Source: Calditrichales bacterium (GTDB taxonomy: Bacteria > Calditrichota > Calditrichia > Calditrichales > J004). From it: DNA of 64,000 nucleotides. The stretch is from NCBI GenBank assembly GCA_965267575.1, contig OZ254086.1, positions 1,632,001 through 1,696,000 on the forward strand, read 5' to 3'. Shown here piece after piece: positions 26,920-36,479 of this stretch (the first letter of the stretch is position 1; each line of letters starts with the position of its first letter). The position numbers and the translations under genes are program-made. The notes under the pieces are model-generated. The model did no database searches and had not been told where the DNA came from. It was given only the letters and a program-made list of their open reading frames with translations.

Positions 26920-28710
26920 ATGCAATCGGATGAACTAAGCGGGAAGCTATATGACTCTGCGCTGCTCAAGCGCATGTTCTCTTACACAAGGCCTTTCAAA
27001 AAACTCGTTGCCGGCGCCGTAGGACTGATCATCGTTGCGTCCATGCTGCAACTCGCCGCACCCTATCTGACCAAGCAAGCCATTGATGTCTATATTCGCG
27101 GGGATAATCTGGACGGGCTTTACGGGATTGTGGCCCTCTATTTTGTTGTGTTGATCGCTATTTTCATTGTCCAGTACGGCCAGACCTACACAACGCAGCT
27201 ATTGGGTCAGAAACTGATGTACAACCTGCGTTCGAAGATTTTTCATCACCTGCAAAGCCTGTCGCTTAGTTTTTTTGATAAAAACCCCGTTGGACGCCTG
27301 ATGACGCGGGTAACATCCGATGTGGAGTCGCTAAACCAGATGTTTACACAGGGCGTTGTGGCGATCTTTGGTAATATTTTTCTGTTGGCCGGTATTATCA
27401 GCATCATGCTCTCCATCAACGTAGAGCTGGCTTTGTGGACCTTTACTGTCATCCCGATGCTGTTTATTATTACGGCCATTTTCAAGCGTAAGGTGCGCGT
27501 TGCTTTCCGCGAAATCCGCAAATGGCTGGCGCAAATAAATAGCTACCTGCAGGAAAATATTACCGGCATGAGCATTGTGCAGATTTTCAATCGTCAGCAA
27601 AAAAACTACGACAAGTTTGCTGACATCAACATGGAGCACACAAAGGCCCACGTGCGTACCGTGTTTTATTATGCCGTTTTCTATCCGGCCATCGAGCTGG
27701 TAAGCGCTATCGCCCTGGCCATTGTGCTGGTGCGCGGCGGTCTGCTTAAGGTCGATCAGGCTACCACCTACGGCGCACTCGTAGCCTTCATTCAGTACGC
27801 ACAAATGTTCTTTCGGCCGATCAGCGAACTTTCGGACAAAATCAATATTTTACAGGGAGCGATTGCATCCGCTGAACGCATTTTCAAGTTGCTGGACACA
27901 CCGCCGCGGATTACCTCAATCACTAATCACGTGAAAAGCGTTCCTCTGAAAGGCGACATTCAATTCCGCGATGTCTTTTTTGCTTATGAACAAGAAAACT
28001 ATGTGCTGAAAGATGTTTCCTTTAAAATCCCACCTGGTACGTCCGTGGCGATTGTGGGCCATACGGGCGCGGGAAAGACCACGCTGATAAATCTGCTTGG
28101 GCGGCAGTATGAAATAAACAAAGGCGAGATCCTGATCGACGGTAAAAATATCAAGGATTATGAGCTGCGACATTTGCGGCGCACAATGGCCGTTGTATTA
28201 CAGGATGTTTTTCTTTTCTCCGGGACAATTTTTGAAAATGTCGGACTGGGCAATCCGGACATAACAAGGGAAATGGTGATCGAAGCCTGCAAAAAGGTGA
28301 ATGCCCACCGCTTTATCGAGAGCCTTCCGGACAAATATGATACCGTGTTAAACGAACGCGGCTCGATTCTTTCCATGGGCCAGCGGCAGCTGCTTTCTTT
28401 TGCCCGGGCGCTGGTCGTAAGTCCGCAAATCCTGATTCTGGACGAAGCCACATCAAATATTGATACCGAAACGGAAATACTGATTCAGGATGCGCTCGAC
28501 TACATGATGCGCGACAGAACATCAATTATAATCGCGCATCGCTTATCCACCATCAAACACGTGGATAATATTCTTGTGTTTCATAAGGGATATTTAAAAG
28601 AGATCGGGTCACACGAAGAACTGCTTCAAAAAAAGGGATTGTATCATCAGCTCTACAGGCTGCAATATGAGGACCAGGAAGAAATACCTCAAGAACTCAT
28701 CGCAAAGTAG
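26920..28710 (+). CDS. ABC exporter, fused permease/ATPase (MdlB/MsbA-like)
   Basis: TM domain; GHTGAGKT, LSMGQRQ, ILDEAT, IAHRL. Confidence 0.93.
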   Translation: MQSDELSGKLYDSALLKRMFSYTRPFKKLVAGAVGLIIVASMLQLAAPYLTKQAIDVYIRGDNLDGLYGIVALYFVVLIAIFIVQYGQTYTTQLLGQKLMYNLRSKIFHHLQSLSLSFFDKNPVGRLMTRVTSDVESLNQMFTQGVVAIFGNIFLLAGIISIMLSINVELALWTFTVIPMLFIITAIFKRKVRVAFREIRKWLAQINSYLQENITGMSIVQIFNRQQKNYDKFADINMEHTKAHVRTVFYYAVFYPAIELVSAIALAIVLVRGGLLKVDQATTYGALVAFIQYAQMFFRPISELSDKINILQGAIASAERIFKLLDTPPRITSITNHVKSVPLKGDIQFRDVFFAYEQENYVLKDVSFKIPPGTSVAIVGHTGAGKTTLINLLGRQYEINKGEILIDGKNIKDYELRHLRRTMAVVLQDVFLFSGTIFENVGLGNPDITREMVIEACKKVNAHRFIESLPDKYDTVLNERGSILSMGQRQLLSFARALVVSPQILILDEATSNIDTETEILIQDALDYMMRDRTSIIIAHRLSTIKHVDNILVFHKGYLKEIGSHEELLQKKGLYHQLYRLQYEDQEEIPQELIAK

Positions 28711-28853
28711 AAGGTGTGTTACTATGTTTAACGTATTAGCGTGTTAAGGTTTTTGTCTATCCTCATTCAGGTCGTCATCACAATCGAAATCGTCTCGCCC
28801 GGCTATTCCATTACTGCCTACTCAACCAATCAGAAAATTCTATACCCACACAT

Positions 28854-28885
28854 AAAAAAAGGCAGGCTGTTTCCAACCTGCCTTT
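28854..28885 (-). terminator. Intrinsic terminator of hsp20
   Basis: Minus strand AAAGGCAGG-TTGGAAACAG-CCTGCC followed by T7. Confidence 0.8.
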
Positions 28886-28903
28886 AAGCGTTTGCTACAA
28901 GCC

Positions 28904-29344
28904 TTACTTCACTTTGATGTCGATTTGCTTGGGCTTGGCTTCTTCAGCTTTCGGCAATACAACCGTCAGGATACCATCTTTGTAGGTAGCATCAATTTTG
29001 TCCTGAACAACTGAAGTATGGAAGCTCAGTGAACGGCTGAAACTGCCATAGCTGCGTTCAATGCGATGGAAGTTCTTGTCTTTGCGCTCACTCTCATTGC
29101 CTTTCTGGCCGCTGATCGTAAGCATGCCGTCATGGTAGTTGATATTGATATCTTTTTTATCAACTCCGGGCACTTCCGCGGTGATAATGAACTCATTGTC
29201 ATTTTCTTCGATATCCACGCGCGGGCTTATCTGAACATCGGCATCGCTTAGCAATTGATTGCTGAAAAAGTCGTCTATAAAACGACCCATATCGCGATTG
29301 ATATCAAGTAAAGTGCGGTTCGGGTTCCAACGTGTTAACATCAT
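28904..29344 (-). CDS. Hsp20/alpha-crystallin small heat-shock protein
   Basis: PRVDI, AEVPGV, ERSYGSFSRS, ATYKDGILTVVLPK; GGAGG RBS upstream. Confidence 0.95.
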   Translation of the reverse strand: MMLTRWNPNRTLLDINRDMGRFIDDFFSNQLLSDADVQISPRVDIEENDNEFIITAEVPGVDKKDININYHDGMLTISGQKGNESERKDKNFHRIERSYGSFSRSLSFHTSVVQDKIDATYKDGILTVVLPKAEEAKPKQIDIKVK

Positions 29345-29393
29345 TACACCTCCTGTTAGATTGGTTTGTTTTGTTGATTCTGCCCATAATTAA

Positions 29394-29410
29394 TACAAGG
29401 TGCGTGCCAA
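29394..29410 (-). promoter_or_regulatory. sigma54-type -24/-12 promoter of hsp20
   Basis: Minus strand TTGGCACG-CACC-TTGTA versus consensus TGGCACG-N4-TTGC. Confidence 0.7.
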
Positions 29411-29499
29411 AAATTAAAGTAAGTGAGCTAAGATGTTGTAAAAGTTAAACTTAAGGGGATTTAAATAAAAACAGATAATTGAAGTCTTAAACAGGAGTA

Positions 29500-29533
29500 T
29501 GACCATATGGCGCATAAGTGCGTCATATGGTCA
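29500..29533. promoter_or_regulatory. Inverted repeat, candidate enhancer/operator
   Basis: TGACCATATGGCGCA-TAAG-TGCGTCATATGGTCA, arms match at 14 of 15 positions; no U-tract follows it on either strand. Confidence 0.6.
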
Positions 29534-29566
29534 GCAAAAAATATGTCAAAATTTAAAGAGGGTCGT

Positions 29567-29971
29567 TTATTTTTGCAGTTCTTCCTTGATTTTCAGGATA
29601 GCGCTGGCGAAACCGTTCATGCGCCGGTTGGTGATGGAGCTGCCCAGTCCAAGCTTATTCAAAACATTCTGTTCGTCCACGGCAAGAATTTCATCAGCGG
29701 AATGCCCGTTAAAGGATTGCTCTAAAAGATACAGCATCCCGCGTACGATTTGCGCTTCGGAGTCCGTCTTCACGCTGACCGATCCGTTTTCACGGCTTAC
29801 AACGACCCACGTTTCGGAGGCGCAGCCATATACTTTGGTTTGATCATTGCGCAGCTCCGGCGGCAGGCCCTCGGCTTTTCTGGCCATATCGACCAGGTAT
29901 TCCATTTTTTCCATGCCCTCAAGGAAGTCAAAAACTTCGCTGAGTTCTTTCATCTTATCTTCAATTGTCAT
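29567..29971 (-). CDS. sufE: SufE-family sulfur acceptor
   Basis: VYGCASETW, DSEAQIVRG, RRMNG. Confidence 0.9.
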   Translation of the reverse strand: MTIEDKMKELSEVFDFLEGMEKMEYLVDMARKAEGLPPELRNDQTKVYGCASETWVVVSRENGSVSVKTDSEAQIVRGMLYLLEQSFNGHSADEILAVDEQNVLNKLGLGSSITNRRMNGFASAILKIKEELQK

Positions 29972-30071
29972 AATACTTAAAAGGGTTTTTAGTAATAAAT
30001 TTTCACTTTGCAGCCGCGATATTGTTCACTTAAGCGCAACGAAAATCAAACGGCAATAAATCCACAAAATT

Positions 30072-31397
30072 TCAGCGTGTCGGTTTAAATTGTTCAATTT
30101 CCTTTTTCCACTGCAGTACCCCTTCGTGGTTGTAAATTTCAATCTCTATGCGCCGTTCTTTACGCGGGCCCTTGAAATGCATCAAGGCAAAATTTTGTTC
30201 GGTTACCAACGTGCCGTCCACGCGATGTTTATTGTCCTCCTGATTTTCCCATGAACCCGAAGTAAGCGGCGAAACGGTCAGGTCCCAAAAACTGTCGCCG
30301 TCTTTTCTGGCAAGGCGGGACAATTCCGTAATATGCCTGTCTCCGGTCAGAAAAATAACGTCGGTAATGGCTTCCCGCTCAATGGTGTCCAAAATGTATT
30401 CACGCTCTTCTGGGGCGAGGTTTATATAGGTCTCGTGTTTGGGCACGCTGTTCAGCATCTGTCCGCCCATTACAATAATTTTAAAAGCGGCATTACTGCT
30501 TTTAAGACCGTCGATAAGCCATTGGATTTGCTTTTTTCCCAGCACGGTGGGCTCGCCGGTCACGCGGTGATTGGCGCTGCGGTGGTAACGGTTATCCAGC
30601 AAAAAGAAATCCACATCGCCCCATTGGAATTTGGACGTCAGGCCGGGCAGATCTTCAAAACCGTAGGTCAGGTTACCCCAAAACAGCTTGAAAACTGTCA
30701 GCGCATTCTCCTTTTGAAACCAGGAGCGGTCGCTGTTGTTAGGGCCATAATCATGGTCATCCCAGATAGCGTAGTTATGCGTTGAGGCGAACAGCGGTTG
30801 CAGGTATTCCTGGCTGCGCGTATGGGTGTAGCGATACAACATTCCCGTCCGCGTATTCCAGTCTGGTTCACGGTAATAAACGTTATCGCCGATCCAGATC
30901 ATGGCATCGGGCTTTTTAGCGATGATGTGGTCAAATATTTCAAAGTTGCGACCGTATGGCTGGCCCGGCCGGTCTAAAGGCTGGTCGTTCACATAGAAGC
31001 AGCTGCCTGCCGCGATCGTAAAATCGGGCGGATCCGTGCGCCATTTCCATAACGCTTGTGTCTGGAATTCCGTCGGATAAGGAAAATCCACTTTTTTCCC
31101 GTTGATGTGCAGATCGTAATGGTAGCGTTTACCGGGCATAACCTCATCGGCGATCAGCTTTGCGGTGAAAGCGTCCTTTTTGCCCGTGCGGATTGTGTCG
31201 GTTGAAAACGTCGCTTCAGGCGACTCAATATTATGGTAGGTAAAATTCACATCGGCCGGTTGATTGGTTTGGACCCACAGCAAAACTTCGCGCATTTCGC
31301 TGTAGCCCAGCATCGGGCCGGATTGCAGCAGATTGTGCTGGGCGGAAAGCAACAGCGGCATCAGGAGCATTAGAGACAAAAGCAGTTTCTTAATCAT
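30072..31397 (-). CDS. phoD: Alkaline phosphatase D family protein
   Basis: GSC, GDNVY, WDDHD, LDNRYHR, TGDRH; Sec-type signal from ATG 31397. Confidence 0.88.
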   Translation of the reverse strand: MIKKLLLSLMLLMPLLLSAQHNLLQSGPMLGYSEMREVLLWVQTNQPADVNFTYHNIESPEATFSTDTIRTGKKDAFTAKLIADEVMPGKRYHYDLHINGKKVDFPYPTEFQTQALWKWRTDPPDFTIAAGSCFYVNDQPLDRPGQPYGRNFEIFDHIIAKKPDAMIWIGDNVYYREPDWNTRTGMLYRYTHTRSQEYLQPLFASTHNYAIWDDHDYGPNNSDRSWFQKENALTVFKLFWGNLTYGFEDLPGLTSKFQWGDVDFFLLDNRYHRSANHRVTGEPTVLGKKQIQWLIDGLKSSNAAFKIIVMGGQMLNSVPKHETYINLAPEEREYILDTIEREAITDVIFLTGDRHITELSRLARKDGDSFWDLTVSPLTSGSWENQEDNKHRVDGTLVTEQNFALMHFKGPRKERRIEIEIYNHEGVLQWKKEIEQFKPTR

Positions 31398-31497
31398 AAT
31401 TTTTCCCCAGGGTTGAGACAATCAAAAATATAAAACTATTTAGTATGAGAAAACCCGGACCTGCTTTGCGACCGGAACCGGTGGGACAAAACAACTC

Positions 31498-32460
31498 TCA
31501 CAGCTTGTCTTTGAAAAAGGATTTGGCATTTCTAAATGCCATTTTCTGTGCAATACGGTCGCCGAATTCTTCCGAAATCCGTTGAACAATATCGGGATAG
31601 CGTGAAGCATTAGCCTGCTCAGGATGATATATCTCGCCGCGGCTGGGGTCTGTGCTGAAAAAAAAGTCTGCCCCAAATGCCAGACTGTCTTCCGCACCCT
31701 TTTTGAGAGCATATTCAATGTGCTTGTAAATGTAATCCGGCTTTTCCGGATTCAGGTAAGCTTTCATAAAGTTGATGCCCGTCAGACTTTTCCGTTCGAT
31801 CAGTCTTTCCAGAAGATCATCCGGCAAGTTTCGGGGATGATTATACACCGAACGCATATTGGAATGGCTGGCCAGTACTTTTGTGCGTATTGAATGTTCT
31901 TCAATATAATCGAGTGTGTCCCGTGCGCTTTGGTCAGAGGCATGGGAAATGTCGACGGCGCAGGGCCTGCCATCGAGCCAGTCCAGCAAAACGCGGCCAT
32001 CCTCGCTAAGGCCCTTGTTGCTTCCAGCGGCGCCACCAAAACGATTATCGGATATATGCATAAATCCGATATAGACCAGCCCGCCCCAGGTATCAAACAG
32101 TTGCTGCAGGCGTCTGAATCCCTCATCCAGTTGTTCATCCTCGTGGCAAATGCCGGATGCGTTTTCGATTGCCGGCAGCAGCCTGATTTTGTTTTCCGGG
32201 TTCTCGCCAAACCCCGCGACAACCTCGTTGTAGTTTTCAGCCAGCAGCAGTAAACGATCACTTTGTGCCAGTGCAAATCCGTGAATAACCGGATCATGCG
32301 GTGTAAAAAACGCACAGACCTGGTGTGACACGTTTCCTGCCTTCAGGTGGGGCAGGGCGCAGCCAATATCTTCACCGTTTTCAAAAGAGGCTCCGGTTTT
32401 CTCAAGCAGGTAAACGGTCAGGTCGCAGTGCAGATCAAAAACGGGGTACGATTGCTTCAT
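31498..32460 (-). CDS. Membrane dipeptidase family (M19) protein
   Basis: FDLHCD, IENA, DISHAS, ASHSN, HPRNL, FGADF. Confidence 0.88.
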   Translation of the reverse strand: MKQSYPVFDLHCDLTVYLLEKTGASFENGEDIGCALPHLKAGNVSHQVCAFFTPHDPVIHGFALAQSDRLLLLAENYNEVVAGFGENPENKIRLLPAIENASGICHEDEQLDEGFRRLQQLFDTWGGLVYIGFMHISDNRFGGAAGSNKGLSEDGRVLLDWLDGRPCAVDISHASDQSARDTLDYIEEHSIRTKVLASHSNMRSVYNHPRNLPDDLLERLIERKSLTGINFMKAYLNPEKPDYIYKHIEYALKKGAEDSLAFGADFFFSTDPSRGEIYHPEQANASRYPDIVQRISEEFGDRIAQKMAFRNAKSFFKDKL

Positions 32461-32570
32461 AATTCCTCACAAATTTTGATGCCCGTTAAATAAATAACGG
32501 CGTAACTTCGTTTAAATATTTATATCTAATATATCTTAATCGCCTGAATAAAACACACAGGAGGAAAGCG

Positions 32571-33086
32571 ATGAAAAACAAAGAGTTAAATGTTATTGGA
32601 CTGCCTAATGAATATACCGACAAAGTTTCGGTATTGATGAACAATCTGCTGGCGGATTATACCATGTACTATCACAATTTGCGTGGTTTTCACTGGAACA
32701 TTCGCGGGCATCATTTTTTCTCTTTACATGAGAAATTCGAAGAGCTCTACCTGGATGCGGCCGAGGCCATTGATGAAATCGCCGAGCGCATTCTGACACT
32801 GGGCAAAACGCCCCTGCATACGTTGACCGACTACATGGAACATGCCGAGATCAATAGCGAGAAAAACGTTTCCCGCGAAGAGGATGCCGTGGAAGCGATT
32901 ACCAGAAACCTGAGCATTCTGCTGATGAACGAGCGCAAAGTGCTTAAAACGGCCAACGAATTTGAAGATGAAGGTACGGCCGATATGATGACGGCGCTGA
33001 TCAATAAGAAAGAAAAAGTACACTGGATGATGCGCGCCTGGTTGCAGGACGACAAAGTCGCCAAAAAAGAATTCGTTCAAGCCTGA
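32571..33086 (+). CDS. dps: Dps DNA-protection ferritin-like protein
   Basis: FHWNIRG..FFSLHEKFEELY..DEIAER..EKVHWM. Confidence 0.95.
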   Translation: MKNKELNVIGLPNEYTDKVSVLMNNLLADYTMYYHNLRGFHWNIRGHHFFSLHEKFEELYLDAAEAIDEIAERILTLGKTPLHTLTDYMEHAEINSEKNVSREEDAVEAITRNLSILLMNERKVLKTANEFEDEGTADMMTALINKKEKVHWMMRAWLQDDKVAKKEFVQA

Positions 33087-33172
33087 AACTGATCGATCAA
33101 AAATAAATCCTTCAAACCCCTGGAAAATAGCCCGAATATGAGCTTACCCTTCAGGGGTGAAGGGACGTGGAT

Positions 33173-33207
33173 AAAGGGCCCGGTTTTTTGCCGGGCCTTT
33201 TTATTTT
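33173..33207. terminator. Terminator between convergent dps and the VPS10-type gene
   Basis: AAAGGGCCCGG-TTTTTTG-CCGGGCCTTTTT. Confidence 0.8.
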
Positions 33208-36200
33208 AATCCAGTTTAATGGCCGGGATCGCCTGCTCCGCGACAACAGCATTAAAAGCCGGCACATCTTCCTTAACGATAGTTCTAAACTGATTCAAAA
33301 GCGGGTCAATCTGCGCGAAAAGAGAATCACGCACGGCATAGGCCTGATCTGTAGGCGGGAAATCCCCGGCGGCCGTCATAACGCCGACCGTACTCAACTT
33401 GTTATTAAGGCGTATCGGAAAATTTAACGGGTCCTGCGGACTTTGATTTTTGGTTTGATAAAGTGCCTTCTCAATCACTTCTGTTTTTTCCAAAAGCGCT
33501 TTGGCCTTTTCCGCGATTGTTTCATGCCCTGCATCATCATTTTCCAGCTTTTCCCTGAGCGTGTTGACCTGGGCACGCAGCTGACGTATCTCCTTTATCG
33601 CGCTATGTATCTCGGTCAGCTTGTCGCGCACGCTGATCAGGAAATCGAACTTTTTCTGCCGTCCTTGCTGAGAAACACCGCTGCGGGGATCCGGCAGAAT
33701 GGTGAACGCCACTTCACTGGAATCGCGGCCATTAACGAGGCGCGCGCGGTAGAGGCCTGTTACAGCTCTTGGGCCGCGCGTAGAGCCGAACCACATCACC
33801 AAACCCTCAAAATCTTCCGCATCGGGATAGCGCGTATCCCAGGCGAAGCGGTTCATGCCTTTTTCTGCGGGCATGCCGTTTTCCTTGTTACCCGGCTTAA
33901 ATACTTTAATCACATCACCATCTTCTTCGAGGATCTTTAATGACAAGGCGGAACTATCCACTTTTCCGTTCAGCACATAATGTATCAATACACCTTCGGG
34001 TGGATTCTTACCTTCGTCATCGCTGCCACCGCCGGCGCCGATACGGTACGTATCGCGGGGCTTAAACAACACGGAGCTTTGATGGGCCATGGCGCTTCGC
34101 ATTTGGTGCAGCGGTGTCAGGTCATCCAGCACCCAGAAAGAGCGGCCTTGTGTGGCCACGATCAGATCATTTTGTTTAATCGCTAAATCGGTGATTGGCA
34201 CGACAGGCAGGTTTTGCTGTGAAGGCTTCCAGCTTGCGCCGTCATCAAAGGAGATATAAAGGCCGTTCTCTGTTCCCGCATAGAGCAGTCCCTGCCGGCC
34301 GGAGTCGGCGCGGATAACACGGGTAAAGTGCAGCGGATCGATGCCGTCGGTTATCTTTGTCCAGCTTTTGCCATAGTCTTTTGTTTTGTAGAGATAGGGC
34401 CGGAAGTCGTCGGATTTGTACATGGTGGCGGCTACATACAGTCCGCCGGGGTTAAACGGATCGGCCTCGATGCTGTTGATCTGAATCCACTCCGGCATGA
34501 TGCGTTTGGGCGGCGTAACGTTTTGCCAGTTTTTCCCGCCGTCACGGCTGATGTGTATCAGGCCGTCATCGGATCCGGCCCATAAAACGCCTGCTTCATG
34601 CGGACTTTCCAGGGCGGCAAATATGGTGCAATAATACTCTACGCTGGTATTATCCTTGGTGATCGGTCCGCCGGACGGACCCAGTTTTGTGCTGTCATTG
34701 CGCGTCAGGTCAGGGCTGATTGGTTCCCAGCTTTGCCCCTCATTGCTGGTTTTGAACAACACGTTGCCGGCCGCATACAGCGTATTCGGATCATGCGGGG
34801 AAAAGAAAATCGGGAAGTTCCACTGAAAGCGGTAGCGCAGGTCTTTTGCGCCGTGGCCCATGGGATTGTCCGGCCAGATATCCACCAGCCGTTGCTGCTT
34901 GCTGCGGTGATCGTAGCGTTCCAGAAAGCCGCCGTATGAGCCGCCGTATACAATTTCCGGGTCATCCGGTTTAGGGGCGATGTGGCCGCTCTCACCGCCG
35001 GCCGTGGGTTCCCAGTCGCCTTCATCGATGCCATAGCCGTCGGAGCGGTGCAGGATGCGTACGGTGGAGTTATCCTGCTGTGCCCCGTAAATGCGATAGG
35101 GGAAATGGTTGTCCGTGGTGACACGGTAAAACTGTGCCGTCGGTTGATTGTGGTAGGTGCTCCAGCTTTCGCCGCCGTTAAAGGTCACCTGGGCGCCGCC
35201 GTCATCAGCAATAACCATGCGCCGGTTGTCGTTGGGGTCAATCCACAAATCGTGGTGATCGCCATGCGGGGTACGGATGCGTTCGTAGCTTTTGCCGCCG
35301 TCGTTTGAGCGCCAGAAGCCGACGTTGAGTACGTAGACACGGTCTTCATTCTGCGTATCGGCATAGATGCGTGTGTAGTACCATGCGCGCTGGCGCAGAT
35401 TGCGTTCGTCGTTTACTTTGCTCCACGTTTCCCCACCGTCTTCACTGCGAAATACGCCGCCGTCCTGATTTTCAATTATGGCCCATACGCGCTGCGGATT
35501 TACCGGTGAAACGGCAACCCCGATAATACCCAGTGTGCCGGAGGGCAATCCTTTATTGCGCGAAATATTGGTCCAGGTATCGCCACCATCGACGGATTTC
35601 CAAAGGCCCGAGCCTTCACCGCCGCTTTCCAGACTGTAGGGCGTGCGCTTTACACGCCAGAACGTCGCATAGAGAATCCGTGGATTGGAAGGGTCCATGA
35701 TAAGATCCACCGCGCCGGCATTTTCGTTTACAAAGAGAATATTTTCCCAGGTTTTCCCGCCATCCGTGCTGCGGAAAACGCCGCGCTGTTTGTTAGGCCC
35801 GAACAGGTGACCCAACGCAGCCACATACACGATTTCCGGGTTGCGCGGATGAATACGAATACGCGGGATATGGCGCGTATCTTCCAGGCCCATATGCGTC
35901 CAGGTCTTGCCGGCATCCACCGATTTCCAGATGCCGTCGCCATGCGACACATTACCGCGGACTGTCTTTTCGCCACCACCGACATAGATAACATTGTTAT
36001 CCCAATCACTCACGGTAACGGCGCCGATTGAGCCGCCGAAGAAGCCGTCGGAAATGTTGTACCAACCCTGGCCGCCGTTTTCGCTTTTCCAGACGCCGCC
36101 GCCCGTGCCGCCGAAGTAGAAAGTCATGGGCTGCTGCGGTACACCGCATACGGCTGCCGAACGTCCTCCGCGGAAGGGACCTATCTCGCGGAACTGCAAC

Positions 36201-36298
36201 GCATTGTATAATGAGTCCGGAAAGCCGGCACTGCTTTGCCCATGGGTGAAGGCAATCATAATAAAAAGAAGAAAAAACAGACGCATATTTATTAACAT
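33206..36298 (-). CDS. Secreted VPS10/BNR (Asp-box) beta-propeller protein, glycosyl hydrolase-like
   Basis: Signal peptide; FREIGPFRGGR; repeated S-x-D-G-G-x-T-W boxes; HGDHH; coiled-coil tail. Confidence 0.85.
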   Translation of the reverse strand: MLINMRLFFLLFIMIAFTHGQSSAGFPDSLYNALQFREIGPFRGGRSAAVCGVPQQPMTFYFGGTGGGVWKSENGGQGWYNISDGFFGGSIGAVTVSDWDNNVIYVGGGEKTVRGNVSHGDGIWKSVDAGKTWTHMGLEDTRHIPRIRIHPRNPEIVYVAALGHLFGPNKQRGVFRSTDGGKTWENILFVNENAGAVDLIMDPSNPRILYATFWRVKRTPYSLESGGEGSGLWKSVDGGDTWTNISRNKGLPSGTLGIIGVAVSPVNPQRVWAIIENQDGGVFRSEDGGETWSKVNDERNLRQRAWYYTRIYADTQNEDRVYVLNVGFWRSNDGGKSYERIRTPHGDHHDLWIDPNDNRRMVIADDGGAQVTFNGGESWSTYHNQPTAQFYRVTTDNHFPYRIYGAQQDNSTVRILHRSDGYGIDEGDWEPTAGGESGHIAPKPDDPEIVYGGSYGGFLERYDHRSKQQRLVDIWPDNPMGHGAKDLRYRFQWNFPIFFSPHDPNTLYAAGNVLFKTSNEGQSWEPISPDLTRNDSTKLGPSGGPITKDNTSVEYYCTIFAALESPHEAGVLWAGSDDGLIHISRDGGKNWQNVTPPKRIMPEWIQINSIEADPFNPGGLYVAATMYKSDDFRPYLYKTKDYGKSWTKITDGIDPLHFTRVIRADSGRQGLLYAGTENGLYISFDDGASWKPSQQNLPVVPITDLAIKQNDLIVATQGRSFWVLDDLTPLHQMRSAMAHQSSVLFKPRDTYRIGAGGGSDDEGKNPPEGVLIHYVLNGKVDSSALSLKILEEDGDVIKVFKPGNKENGMPAEKGMNRFAWDTRYPDAEDFEGLVMWFGSTRGPRAVTGLYRARLVNGRDSSEVAFTILPDPRSGVSQQGRQKKFDFLISVRDKLTEIHSAIKEIRQLRAQVNTLREKLENDDAGHETIAEKAKALLEKTEVIEKALYQTKNQSPQDPLNFPIRLNNKLSTVGVMTAAGDFPPTDQAYAVRDSLFAQIDPLLNQFRTIVKEDVPAFNAVVAEQAIPAIKLD

Positions 36299-36479
36299 GG
36301 GGGTACCCTCGTGAAATTGAAAAGCTTAAGTTAATGATAATTACGCAAGCTTTTTTTAAAGGGCAAGTTTTATTGTGAAACCGATGCTGCTTTTTGAGTG
36401 ATGTGCTTAATCTTTTTGCACATCAAACCGAGTACTTGCCCTGATAAAAATCCAACTTACTATCTTTCAAGACCGGAAC

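Noticed and set aside
33113-33166. Possible structured RNA after dps
   Set aside because: Only a short imperfect stem before the terminator; no recognisable ncRNA family.
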